Part shown: in pieces, positions 7,543 to 16,679 of the stretch
How positions within the stretch are numbered: the stretch's first letter is position 1
Layout of the letters: each line of letters starts with the position of its first letter
Virus genome (UHGV): UHGV-1383708
Reading direction: 5' to 3' (one strand)
DNA length: 41,056 bases
Origin: a virus
Notes under the pieces: generated by a model
Told to the model about the DNA's origin: nothing
What the model saw: only the letters and a program-made list of their open reading frames with translations
Database searches by the model: none
Translations under genes and position numbers: made by a program

Positions 7543-8481
7543 TCAGAAGAACCCTGCCTTGTCGTTGATGTATTCCGCGTGCGTCTGGATATCACGCAGG
7601 CATTTGCTCACACCGACGATGTAGCAGAACATGGTGGTCAGCTCCGCCGCCGCGCCCGATACATCGTGCCCGTCTTCCTGTAACTGGTTCAGCAGATTCA
7701 TCAGCAGTGAGTTCTCCGTCAGGCCGAGAACACCAGACGGCGAATGAATCAGGCTACGGTAGCCGGGCTTCAGTGGATAACCATAACATTTTGTCTGTGT
7801 TTTAATTGCCTCACGAAGCGCATCTAACATCTTGACTGCCACTTCATCATTCTCTGATGCAGATCCAGCAGGGAGATACTCCCCTTCAAGCGGAACCCGA
7901 GCAACAAGAGACAACGCTTCGGCAAATTGATCTTCACCAATTTCTTTGTACGAACAGCCAAAATGAGATTTCAGTGACGACCACATGGTGATCATCGCCT
8001 TAGCCTGTTTTTCTTTTGGCAGAGACTGACCGCGACTCATGACGAGTTGTTTAATGGCTTCCTGCTGTTCAGTTGTTATTTTACCCGGCAACGCCTTTTT
8101 AGCTTTGCGTGGGTTAACCACATGGCCTTTAGTCCAGTACTCGTAGAGCACATCGTCACACTCTTCCTGATACTGGATTACCTTGTCGCGGATTTCAGGG
8201 CGGACTTTGTTAGGGCTGATGCTGTTCAACCAAGCTGCCAATTTTCGTAAAGCCATACAAATCATGGCTTGCACCCCACCGGCAGAAGGTATGGTGATTT
8301 CCACCATACCCTTCGAGAAGCGTTGAGAAATCTTCTTATGTTGAGATTTCCAGTCTAGCCCCATTCCCTCAACGATAGGTTTCATTGGGGTATACGGTTC
8401 GCCGTTGTGATTGACAACATAAAGCTCTGCGCCGTGGAATGGCACGTTGATAGTAGATACTGCTGTTGCTATACTCGTCAT
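7543..8481 (-). CDS. Antirepressor (Ant-type N-terminal region plus shared C-terminal domain)
   Basis: 312 aa; downstream of arc-like gene as in P22 immI; last 77 aa near-identical to C-terminus of gene 5599-6291. Confidence 0.7.
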   Translation of the reverse strand: MTSIATAVSTINVPFHGAELYVVNHNGEPYTPMKPIVEGMGLDWKSQHKKISQRFSKGMVEITIPSAGGVQAMICMALRKLAAWLNSISPNKVRPEIRDKVIQYQEECDDVLYEYWTKGHVVNPRKAKKALPGKITTEQQEAIKQLVMSRGQSLPKEKQAKAMITMWSSLKSHFGCSYKEIGEDQFAEALSLVARVPLEGEYLPAGSASENDEVAVKMLDALREAIKTQTKCYGYPLKPGYRSLIHSPSGVLGLTENSLLMNLLNQLQEDGHDVSGAAAELTTMFCYIVGVSKCLRDIQTHAEYINDKAGFF

Positions 8482-8553
8482 GTCGTTAATTCCTATACGT
8501 AGTTTTACGATACTGAAGCCCTGACGGTCTGGCCACCGTGGGGCTTCGCTGTT
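8482..8553 (+). ncRNA. Candidate sar-like antisense RNA covering the antirepressor translation start
   Basis: Plus-strand TTGATA-N17-TATACT promoter at 8447-8475 inside ant 5' end; hairpin GAAGCCC...GGGCTTC plus T-tract at 8515-8556. Confidence 0.4.
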
Positions 8554-8721
8554 TTATGCCACGCTATTCTTCTCACCAGTGAGTCCATACACTTTCCTCA
8601 GCTGATAGATAATCTCTGTATTGAACTTTCGGCATTCTTTTTCGCCATTTCTTTCAATAGCTAACTTCACATCGTCCGGAAAACGAACTCGTCGTTGACA
8701 CATCTCTTTTGCTTTTTGCAT
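8554..8721 (-). CDS. Arc-like ribbon-helix-helix repressor
   Basis: 55 aa; AAGGAG RBS; RRVRFPDDVKLAIERNGEKECRKFNTEIIYQL resembles P22 Arc; upstream of antirepressor. Confidence 0.7.
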   Translation of the reverse strand: MQKAKEMCQRRVRFPDDVKLAIERNGEKECRKFNTEIIYQLRKVYGLTGEKNSVA

Positions 8722-8841
8722 TTCATATCTCCTTAGCCCCACCGTGGGGCAAAATAATTGTCACACCGTGCGTCATTGATGTCAAGCACACGGTGAGGCA
8801 TACTTCAATCATTGCAAGTAACTCAATATTTGGTGAAGAAC

Positions 8842-9273
8842 ATGAGCAGAGAAGATCCACAACTAAGGATCAGACTTCCCGTCGAAGTAAAAGAAAAAAT
8901 AGAAATTTCTGCAAAAGCCAATAAGCGATCAATGAACGCTGAAATAGTACAACGTCTTGACACCAGTTTTCTGAAAGATATTCATGAAGATGACGTAATT
9001 TCTGCTTATGAAGCAAAAATCATTGCAAACAATGCACGACATGAAATATCAAATATTATTTTCAAAAGAACCTTTAATGAAATTAATAAGAAAATAACAC
9101 TTGGACATACAAGTTTTTATATAAACCTTAATGACCTTGAACTGGAATCACTTGCAGATAATGATTACCAGATCATCTTTGAAAAAACATTTAATAAGCT
9201 CAATGAACTAGGTTACATCATCTGTGAAAACTCATGGGATGCAGATGGTTTTGGAATTGAAATACCTGAATAG
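8842..9273 (+). CDS. Mnt-like ribbon-helix-helix repressor with ~100-aa C-terminal extension
   Basis: MSREDPQLRIRLPVEVKEKIEISAKANKRSMNAEIVQRL resembles P22 Mnt N-terminus; divergent from arc-like gene. Confidence 0.65.
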   Translation: MSREDPQLRIRLPVEVKEKIEISAKANKRSMNAEIVQRLDTSFLKDIHEDDVISAYEAKIIANNARHEISNIIFKRTFNEINKKITLGHTSFYINLNDLELESLADNDYQIIFEKTFNKLNELGYIICENSWDADGFGIEIPE

Positions 9274-9363
9274 GAAGAGCAAAAGGCGTGTACATATTAC
9301 ACGTCTTTAATACAATTGAAAAACGCCACATTACTGATGTATGTTACAACAAGGAGCGATATT

Positions 9364-9927
9364 TTGAAAACCATATCTATATTAAAGGTTGCATTAGGCG
9401 TCGCTATTATTTTGACTCTCTCAATATTGTTTTATTTTTACCACAAACAAACTGCTATTGCTCTTGATAGTCACGCGGCAAACTCATTTTTCTCAGAGTA
9501 CATAGTGCCGCTATCAGGAAGCGGTATAACAAATAAATATACTGACTATGACATCAAATATGGAATTGATGATGGGGAGACTATTGTATTACATGTAATC
9601 ATTAAAAACCTAATGACAGTAAATAAAAATACAGACTTCAACGATAAAAATACAATACATCACAACAACAGCAAAACATTAATTTCTTATAGTAGCAACA
9701 TCTATACGGATAAATACCTAAAATACATATCAGAAGATACAATAAAAGAAACCCGCGAAAAGTTAAAAAACATATATTGTGCATCCGGCAGTTTTCACAA
9801 ATTATCGCCGCAAGAGCGTTTATTCTACGAAGCAAGAAAACAACGTAAGTCAATAATATTACATTATTATGCTGATTCAGGGGAGACACTCATATTTAAT
9901 ATTGGGGTTTCCCCTGAATCATGCTAA
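9364..9927 (+). CDS. AT-rich membrane-anchored protein (about 188 aa), sieA-like position
   Basis: AAGGAG RBS 7 nt before TTG; N-terminal TM ILKVALGVAIILTLSILFYFY; markedly low GC; downstream of Mnt-like gene; start could instead be 9316 or 9337. Confidence 0.5.
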   Translation: MKTISILKVALGVAIILTLSILFYFYHKQTAIALDSHAANSFFSEYIVPLSGSGITNKYTDYDIKYGIDDGETIVLHVIIKNLMTVNKNTDFNDKNTIHHNNSKTLISYSSNIYTDKYLKYISEDTIKETREKLKNIYCASGSFHKLSPQERLFYEARKQRKSIILHYYADSGETLIFNIGVSPESC

Positions 9928-9938
9928 AGGTGTTTAAC

Positions 9939-12900
9939 TCACCGCATCACCGGATCCACCTGGTTTATTAGTGGCGCAATCCAGAACAGGTTATTGCCGG
10001 GTATCAGGGTTCGGACATTATGCACAATACGATCACCGGCATCACCATTCAACACTCCTGCGGTCACATCAATGATGCTATCCGCAAGACCAAATGACGG
10101 TCCGAATAGAGATCCTACGAATCCACGACTGGCATACCTAGACTGTGTGCCAGTGCCAAATAAAGCCCCCAGCCCAACAGCACCACCAGTAGCCTTTTCA
10201 GCCATATTGTTATATTCCATCAATGGCCCAAGAATACCGGATCTATCTATACCCTCAAGCACCAGCTTCTCTGGTGACCAGTCAACATTTTTCCCTTTCG
10301 ATGCTTCTTTAAGCGCATAGACCAGTGAGCCAAGAGCAATCTGAAATGCAGTGCCATAATAAAATTGCGCAGTTCCTTCCTGTAACCCACCAAGTAGCGC
10401 ACGGTTGTATGAAGCCGTTGTGAATGATTTAAACTGAAATATCGTTCGCCCCATTGGAGTACTCGCCCATAAAGGTGTGTCACCAATACCGGGGGTAATG
10501 ATAGTGTTATTAACGTCTTTCAGAACCGCTGACTGGAATACTCCGGCAACGTACTGATCGTCCCATTTATCAAAGTTACCAATGTGCCATCCATCAATTA
10601 CCTCACCATGTTTCTCGAACTCACTGCGAATACGCGCAGCCATATTGTCGTTGATACCGAGTTTTGCCATGCGACGTGCAGAAAACGCACCAGACAAAAT
10701 ACCGTCTGACGTGAGCATTCCGTTCATGGATTTGTTTATGTCATTAAATCGATCCATGAGTGTCAGCTTGCCGAAGGCATCAGTAATTCGCTCCATTCCT
10801 GCTTCGACTGCTGTTGTCCTGGAAGAACTGTCAACAAGATCACCAATTGCACGAGAACGTGAATGTAGTACAGTTTCCAATCCAATCCCCATCTTCAACA
10901 TCTCTTCTTTGCTGGCCTTAAATGCCGGTGATTGGGATATCTGAGAAGCATAGCCTTTCATGGAGTTACGGAAACCATTAACCATAACCCCTCTGGCCAG
11001 ATCTGGAATAGCTGATACTGTCATTCCACCGAGTTTTGTCGTGAAGTTCACATCCCGCAGAAAAGCGCCAGCACGAACAAAAAACGAAGACGGGTCATCA
11101 GGCATACCATATGTACCAACAAGACGATCGCGTAATGCTGTTATGTCTCTGAGATCATTTGCTCTTGATTTTGAAAGTCTGGACTGTTCTTTCCGTAATT
11201 CCTTTTCGTACTTTCGCATTAATGAATCGAGTTTACCCTGAGGAACAACTTCACCATTGCTCTCATAACGTGCTTTCAGATTTGCCACACTTTCGTCATA
11301 TTTTGCCTTTATTTTTTCAGGCACTTCCCGTAACAGACTGTCATATTCGTCCTCAATTAATTGCAGACGCTCTGTCATAGTTCGTTTGCCAAATGTTCTC
11401 GTCAACTCAATTTCTGCTGCCGCTTCACGGATATGACGTTGTAGAACGTAATTCACATCACTTTCGAGATAATCCCTGATAAGACTATCAGGCACATTTA
11501 ATGTTCTTTCTTTCGTACTACCTGCGGCTTTTACAGAAAATACGCTGACAAAATCCTGTGGAACCTTAGCACCAGTAATTTTATTAATTACGATATCCGC
11601 TGCAATTTCAGCATCCTCAGGATCCAGTGTTTTATTGCCTCTCGACCACCAGTCAACCAAAATACGTCGAAATTTATCGCGTTCACTGATTATTTTTCCA
11701 ACTTTATATATACGTGGGAAATAGCTTGCCTGGCCTAATGCTTTCAGTTCTTCATCTGGCGGCAATAAACCAAGCTTTTGCATTTCAACCTTCACCCGAT
11801 TTAATACAGTTCGCATCGCCTGCGCCGTTTCCTGAACAACAGGATTAGCATGCACATCACCGCTTCGCATAGCATTCCCAACCTGCTGACGAAATGAATC
11901 AAAACTCATGTCACCACCATCAGCTTTATACTTTGCGTATGCCTGTTTATTTCCGACAACAACAGCAGCTTCTTCACGCTGCCATCCACGTGTACGGGTT
12001 TCTACAGCTACCGGTGTTTCAATCCCCCTTTCATTTCCTTTAAGGGTGAAATTATTTTCGGCTAACTCCAGCGTTGTTTTTCGCACTGTCTTGGACGGAG
12101 ACTCCATTAACCTTGTCAAAGGAGTAAGATAGCTCCCTGCTTTCCATGCAGCCTTTCCAACCACCCCACCGGAAACAGGGGTTAAATCATCCAGAGTCGC
12201 TGTATCAATTTTCATAGCACCAACACTACCACCATCAGAAAGCGAAGCGGCAGCCCTGTCAGTCGCTGATGTAATGCTCATATTATCAAGAGCATCAGCA
12301 ACCTCACGCGTGGCTGCAGCCCGGACGGATGGCGAAAGCGCAACACCAGCACTGGCAAACACGCCGCTCATCATCGCACCCGCTGCAATGTGAGCGGCAC
12401 TTTCACCCCATGAGCGTGTTATTTGCTGATTATTCAGCACAACCTCGCTTAATGCTGTACCGGCTGCACCAATCGCAATCTGTGAGCCAATACGCGCCAG
12501 TGCCCCTCCTTGAGCACCGGGGATAAACATTGACGCAACAGTAACCGGATCCATTCCCGCAGCAATACTGGCAAGGGTTCCAACTACGCCAGCATCAGAC
12601 AATAAACGTCTGTCTTCATTTTCATCATCTATCTGCTGCTTAATCCACGCCGTTTCCTCTGGCGATCGGGAATCTGCAAATTTCGCCCCCCAGTATTCAT
12701 AACCGTGCAACTCATTTTTATCAGCATATGGGTTATAACCTTCGACCGGTTCAAACTGTCTGGCTGGTCGGAAAAAACCAGCCAGAATATTGTTCTGTCG
12801 CATTGCAGCCCCCCATACGGAAGGCTCCGGTGGCAATGGCTCAGGATTAGCCCCTTCCGGAAGGGCAACATCAAACCCAGTTTGTTCCGGCAAAACATTA

Positions 12901-12953
12901 CCTGACGGGATCAGTCCGTTATTAAGATCTTCAGCTTGTGCATAAACTGGCAT
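9939..12953 (-). CDS. Large internal virion/ejection protein (1004 aa)
   Basis: Last gene of structural block; start abuts upstream stop. Confidence 0.6.
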   Translation of the reverse strand: MPVYAQAEDLNNGLIPSGNVLPEQTGFDVALPEGANPEPLPPEPSVWGAAMRQNNILAGFFRPARQFEPVEGYNPYADKNELHGYEYWGAKFADSRSPEETAWIKQQIDDENEDRRLLSDAGVVGTLASIAAGMDPVTVASMFIPGAQGGALARIGSQIAIGAAGTALSEVVLNNQQITRSWGESAAHIAAGAMMSGVFASAGVALSPSVRAAATREVADALDNMSITSATDRAAASLSDGGSVGAMKIDTATLDDLTPVSGGVVGKAAWKAGSYLTPLTRLMESPSKTVRKTTLELAENNFTLKGNERGIETPVAVETRTRGWQREEAAVVVGNKQAYAKYKADGGDMSFDSFRQQVGNAMRSGDVHANPVVQETAQAMRTVLNRVKVEMQKLGLLPPDEELKALGQASYFPRIYKVGKIISERDKFRRILVDWWSRGNKTLDPEDAEIAADIVINKITGAKVPQDFVSVFSVKAAGSTKERTLNVPDSLIRDYLESDVNYVLQRHIREAAAEIELTRTFGKRTMTERLQLIEDEYDSLLREVPEKIKAKYDESVANLKARYESNGEVVPQGKLDSLMRKYEKELRKEQSRLSKSRANDLRDITALRDRLVGTYGMPDDPSSFFVRAGAFLRDVNFTTKLGGMTVSAIPDLARGVMVNGFRNSMKGYASQISQSPAFKASKEEMLKMGIGLETVLHSRSRAIGDLVDSSSRTTAVEAGMERITDAFGKLTLMDRFNDINKSMNGMLTSDGILSGAFSARRMAKLGINDNMAARIRSEFEKHGEVIDGWHIGNFDKWDDQYVAGVFQSAVLKDVNNTIITPGIGDTPLWASTPMGRTIFQFKSFTTASYNRALLGGLQEGTAQFYYGTAFQIALGSLVYALKEASKGKNVDWSPEKLVLEGIDRSGILGPLMEYNNMAEKATGGAVGLGALFGTGTQSRYASRGFVGSLFGPSFGLADSIIDVTAGVLNGDAGDRIVHNVRTLIPGNNLFWIAPLINQVDPVMR

Positions 12954-15670
12954 TATTTAGATCCCCACGAAAAGTAATCTTTAAATTTGTCCATACGTTC
13001 GTTATGCAGGCGCTGATACTGCTCATCCAGAGCGCGATGCTTGTCTTTGAAGTTTCGTATAGCCTGTCCACGCATAATTTCTTCCTGCTCGTACTGCTCC
13101 CGTTCCTGCTGCATTTTCTTATAAGGTTCCCAATCTTCTAGTGATGGTTCCCAACGCATAGGACGCCCATGTTTGTTATAAAACGGCTGGACCCGATCGA
13201 TGCCATTTTCATCCTTAGTTCTTACCATAATGGCGTAATCACCATTACGAGGTGTTAACACGTCAGGGGTTATGAATAATTCTCCATTAATACGACTCTC
13301 AGGGGTTTTTGTCTCAACTACAGGAGCATTACCTGACGTGATCCCAAGCAACGTCGGACTGGTTGTTATAATCTCTTTGCGCTCACCGTACATCAGCCGT
13401 TCTTTTTCAGCTTTCCACTGCGCCGCCTGCCAGCCTGACGGCCCATATTGATAAAGCGCCTCCGGTGCATATTTCATAAACTGCGCTTCTCCGTTAACCT
13501 CGCTGATACTCCAGGTGCGGGCTATCTGCTGGTTGGTCATTTGCTTCGCTACGTCAGCGTTACCACCAGCAACGCGGTAGTTAATGTCATACAGCGTCTG
13601 ATAGTCATTACGGAATCTAGCTGCTTCCGGCGTCTGGTCATCCGCAGACGGATCCCAACGGAACCACTGCGCCATATTGCTGACAGCAGAATTCATCGCC
13701 TTGCTGCGATTATTTTTGTACTCTTTTGAACTCTGCGTTGATGCCAATTGAGCTTTAAGAGCATCGGTCTGGTTGTACGTCAGGTTCTGCGCCTGCTCGA
13801 TAGCCGCATCAGCAGACATGCCAGAATCTGTTAGTTGCTTAACAGTCAGATAAAAACCCTGCATATCCTTCGGCATATTTCCAATAGATGCATTGTCTGT
13901 TTCATATAACCGACTAAACAAATTCGCTGCATTTTTAACCACTTCCTGATTGCTGGATCTGGATACTGCTGAAAGCTGCGTGATGACCTGCGAAGGCATG
14001 ATGCCAGTCTGAGCCACAAGCCGAACAACCCCATCATGAGTGGAGGCATCATTAATACGAAAGTTCTGCGCCATTTCTGTGTAATCAGCAGCTTTCTGCA
14101 TTGATTTGTTGCTTGGGTCTAATTTTTCACCTATTGTCAGCGCCTCATTGAATCTGCGTGAATCACGTTGCGCCTGAATTGCTTCATTTGATCGCTGAAG
14201 CAATGCAGACAATTTTCCGTAAGCATCGAGTTTTAACGCATAGTGAGGATCGTTAACCTCAGGCTTCACTTTCTGCATTTCTTCTTGCTGCTGAGAAGGA
14301 GGTAAATACTGAATTGCCTGGAATATTCTCGCGTTATCAATCGCTATATCCAGTTGATTGATTATTTTATCTGCATTTTTTCCATACCCCCTGATGATAG
14401 TCTCCTGAGCCGGTATATAATCTGGAACCTCACCGTTATATAGCTGGGCCATGGTGTTATTAATAGCTGGCTCAAGCTGTTCTAATATTAACTTCCTTTG
14501 CTTTTCTATCTGACTATTAGCAAGGTTATCTATTTGATAAATAGTCAGCGGATCCATTCCAGTTTTATTTTTTCTATATCGGGAAAGCCACCCTTGTGTT
14601 TCTGATGGAAGATTTCGGATAAATTCTTCTTCTGATATTTCACCTTTACGTGGATCACCGACTTTGGCGATCAGTTTATCCACGTTACCCATCCCCCAGT
14701 TATATGCTGCTCCGGTCAATATTTCGGAGCCGTACTTACCATACAGTTGATTTACATAGTCACTGGCGAGCATTTCATGCTGTTGTTCGTCCGTAGGGTT
14801 GTATTTAACGCCACGCTTGGCCGCCAGTTCTTTCCCTGTGCCCGGCATTAACTGGTATTTCCCCTGGGCTCTCTCTCCAGAAGATGTTATCGGTCCTTCA
14901 AGAAGACTACCATCAGGATTAAAATGTCGATCACCTGATTCAACAAGGCGTATGGCACGCATGTCCATGCCTCCAGAATCATTTTTCTGAAACAGACCAT
15001 TTAGCCATCCTTCTGGATTGGCAGCGGCATAATTCTTCGCCCGCATTTCTGTGGCACGGCGATCATCACTTTCTATTTCTTCCAGAATGCGTTCTTGTGA
15101 CCATCCCCTGGCAGCTCCATATCTGGCAATGGCTACCATTCTGGAATTTCTGGCTAAAGTGGCAGTTTGCGGGTCATTCCAGGCATCCGCTTCATTTTGT
15201 ATCCATAATTTTCTCGTTGCCTGATATTGCTCATCTTCATAGGCATTTGTCTGCCCTATCTCATGTCTGAGAACTCCAGTACTGAACTGAATTTTCTGTG
15301 TTCTGGCTTGTTGCAAAAACATATTTCTTGCTGCTTCATCAGTCAATGAAGCAGCTATTTCTTCCACATCCTGATCAAATCCAGATATGTACTCTTGCCC
15401 CTTACCAATCGCATTTTTGCCTTGTTGTGCATAAAAACCGGTTTGAGGGTTATAAAGACGTTCATTGCTGCGCTGATTAAGCTGAAGGATGGCATCCTGA
15501 GACAATGCAACATTCGCTTTCTGCCTGGCTTCACCATATGCCACCGCATACTGATCTGCGACATTCGCCAGCACCTGACCTGCTTGAGGAACATCGAAGG
15601 TCTGAAAACCACCGGTTTGCACACCACGACTTTGCACCTGGCGTCCGGATACTGTTGGTACGACTGGCAT
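12953..15670 (-). CDS. Internal virion/ejection protein with lytic transglycosylase (SLT) domain
   Basis: 905 aa from ATG 15670; motif ERAQGKYQLMPGTGKELAAKRGV ... AAYNWGMGNV typical of SLT domains. Confidence 0.75.
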   Translation of the reverse strand: MPVVPTVSGRQVQSRGVQTGGFQTFDVPQAGQVLANVADQYAVAYGEARQKANVALSQDAILQLNQRSNERLYNPQTGFYAQQGKNAIGKGQEYISGFDQDVEEIAASLTDEAARNMFLQQARTQKIQFSTGVLRHEIGQTNAYEDEQYQATRKLWIQNEADAWNDPQTATLARNSRMVAIARYGAARGWSQERILEEIESDDRRATEMRAKNYAAANPEGWLNGLFQKNDSGGMDMRAIRLVESGDRHFNPDGSLLEGPITSSGERAQGKYQLMPGTGKELAAKRGVKYNPTDEQQHEMLASDYVNQLYGKYGSEILTGAAYNWGMGNVDKLIAKVGDPRKGEISEEEFIRNLPSETQGWLSRYRKNKTGMDPLTIYQIDNLANSQIEKQRKLILEQLEPAINNTMAQLYNGEVPDYIPAQETIIRGYGKNADKIINQLDIAIDNARIFQAIQYLPPSQQQEEMQKVKPEVNDPHYALKLDAYGKLSALLQRSNEAIQAQRDSRRFNEALTIGEKLDPSNKSMQKAADYTEMAQNFRINDASTHDGVVRLVAQTGIMPSQVITQLSAVSRSSNQEVVKNAANLFSRLYETDNASIGNMPKDMQGFYLTVKQLTDSGMSADAAIEQAQNLTYNQTDALKAQLASTQSSKEYKNNRSKAMNSAVSNMAQWFRWDPSADDQTPEAARFRNDYQTLYDINYRVAGGNADVAKQMTNQQIARTWSISEVNGEAQFMKYAPEALYQYGPSGWQAAQWKAEKERLMYGERKEIITTSPTLLGITSGNAPVVETKTPESRINGELFITPDVLTPRNGDYAIMVRTKDENGIDRVQPFYNKHGRPMRWEPSLEDWEPYKKMQQEREQYEQEEIMRGQAIRNFKDKHRALDEQYQRLHNERMDKFKDYFSWGSK

Positions 15671-16215
15671 TATAATCCTCCGGGTAATCTGGTTCCTGCT
15701 GCTGCCCCGATTGGCGCAGGGGTGCTTTGAGTAAACGGACTCCACGTCCCACCAAACATCTGGTACGCACCGTATGCCTTCAGAGGCGCAGTGAGCAATG
15801 TTGTTGCTGATCCCACATTCCCCTGTTTACGGGCTGAACTGGCTTCTGCTTTATAGTTGGCAGCCTGAACCTGATAACCGTAAGCCTCGCGTTGCGCGTT
15901 ATTCACCGTCGTCAGAGAATCAAGAGCGCCAAACTGGGCAGTGTCGCCAAATATATCCAGCGCGTTACCTGTAGATAAATCAGCGCCGGTAGCCCCCATT
16001 GTCGCCGCCTGTGTACCAAGCCGCTGTCGGGTCTCTCTGCGCCGTTGCTCAGCTTCAGCGTTACCTCTGTTTATTGCATCATTTGCCTGAGCAGTGGCTA
16101 TATCTGCGTTCGCTTCTGCAACCTTCGAGGCATACTTTCCCTGTTGGTACTGGGTGTATGCCTGAATGCCACTCATGGCGAGCATTGCGCCACCAGCAAT
16201 AACCGGATCGCACAT
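15670..16215 (-). CDS. Internal virion protein (181 aa)
   Basis: Ala/Gln-rich; stop overlaps next start. Confidence 0.5.
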   Translation of the reverse strand: MCDPVIAGGAMLAMSGIQAYTQYQQGKYASKVAEANADIATAQANDAINRGNAEAEQRRRETRQRLGTQAATMGATGADLSTGNALDIFGDTAQFGALDSLTTVNNAQREAYGYQVQAANYKAEASSARKQGNVGSATTLLTAPLKAYGAYQMFGGTWSPFTQSTPAPIGAAAGTRLPGGL

Positions 16216-16679
16216 TATTTTCTCTCCATGTGAAATCTGTGGAAATTAAGACCAAGAGCACCATAAGGCGCGGCTTCTTCAAGCCTGAATCCAAGCCAGT
16301 GCAGCCATGCTTTGGCAACATGGTTTCGCTCGTCGACATAGTTTTCCAGGCGCGGATAAACTGCCAGCATCTGCTGCAATACAGGTCGGCAGTGGCGAAG
16401 AAATGTCCTCTGATATTTTTCAATACGGCTGGTTCCGACCAGCCAGGGCGTACCATTGCCACCGATCATTGACGCCGGAGATACGCCAAACATGGTTACC
16501 AGTTCTCCGTTCGCGAACCCTGACCAGGCCATAGTCGCAGTGCGCAGACCAACACGCAGCGCATCTTTGGTAGTCATCAGCGATACCGCATACAGTTCGT
16601 CAATATCAGCCTGACGAACATCCGGCAAAATCATCTGAAGATGCTCTTCGGTAGCGGGAATAATTTGAACATCGATCAT
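16215..16679 (-). CDS. Virion or assembly protein (154 aa)
   Basis: Start/stop abut neighbours. Confidence 0.5.
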   Translation of the reverse strand: MIDVQIIPATEEHLQMILPDVRQADIDELYAVSLMTTKDALRVGLRTATMAWSGFANGELVTMFGVSPASMIGGNGTPWLVGTSRIEKYQRTFLRHCRPVLQQMLAVYPRLENYVDERNHVAKAWLHWLGFRLEEAAPYGALGLNFHRFHMERK

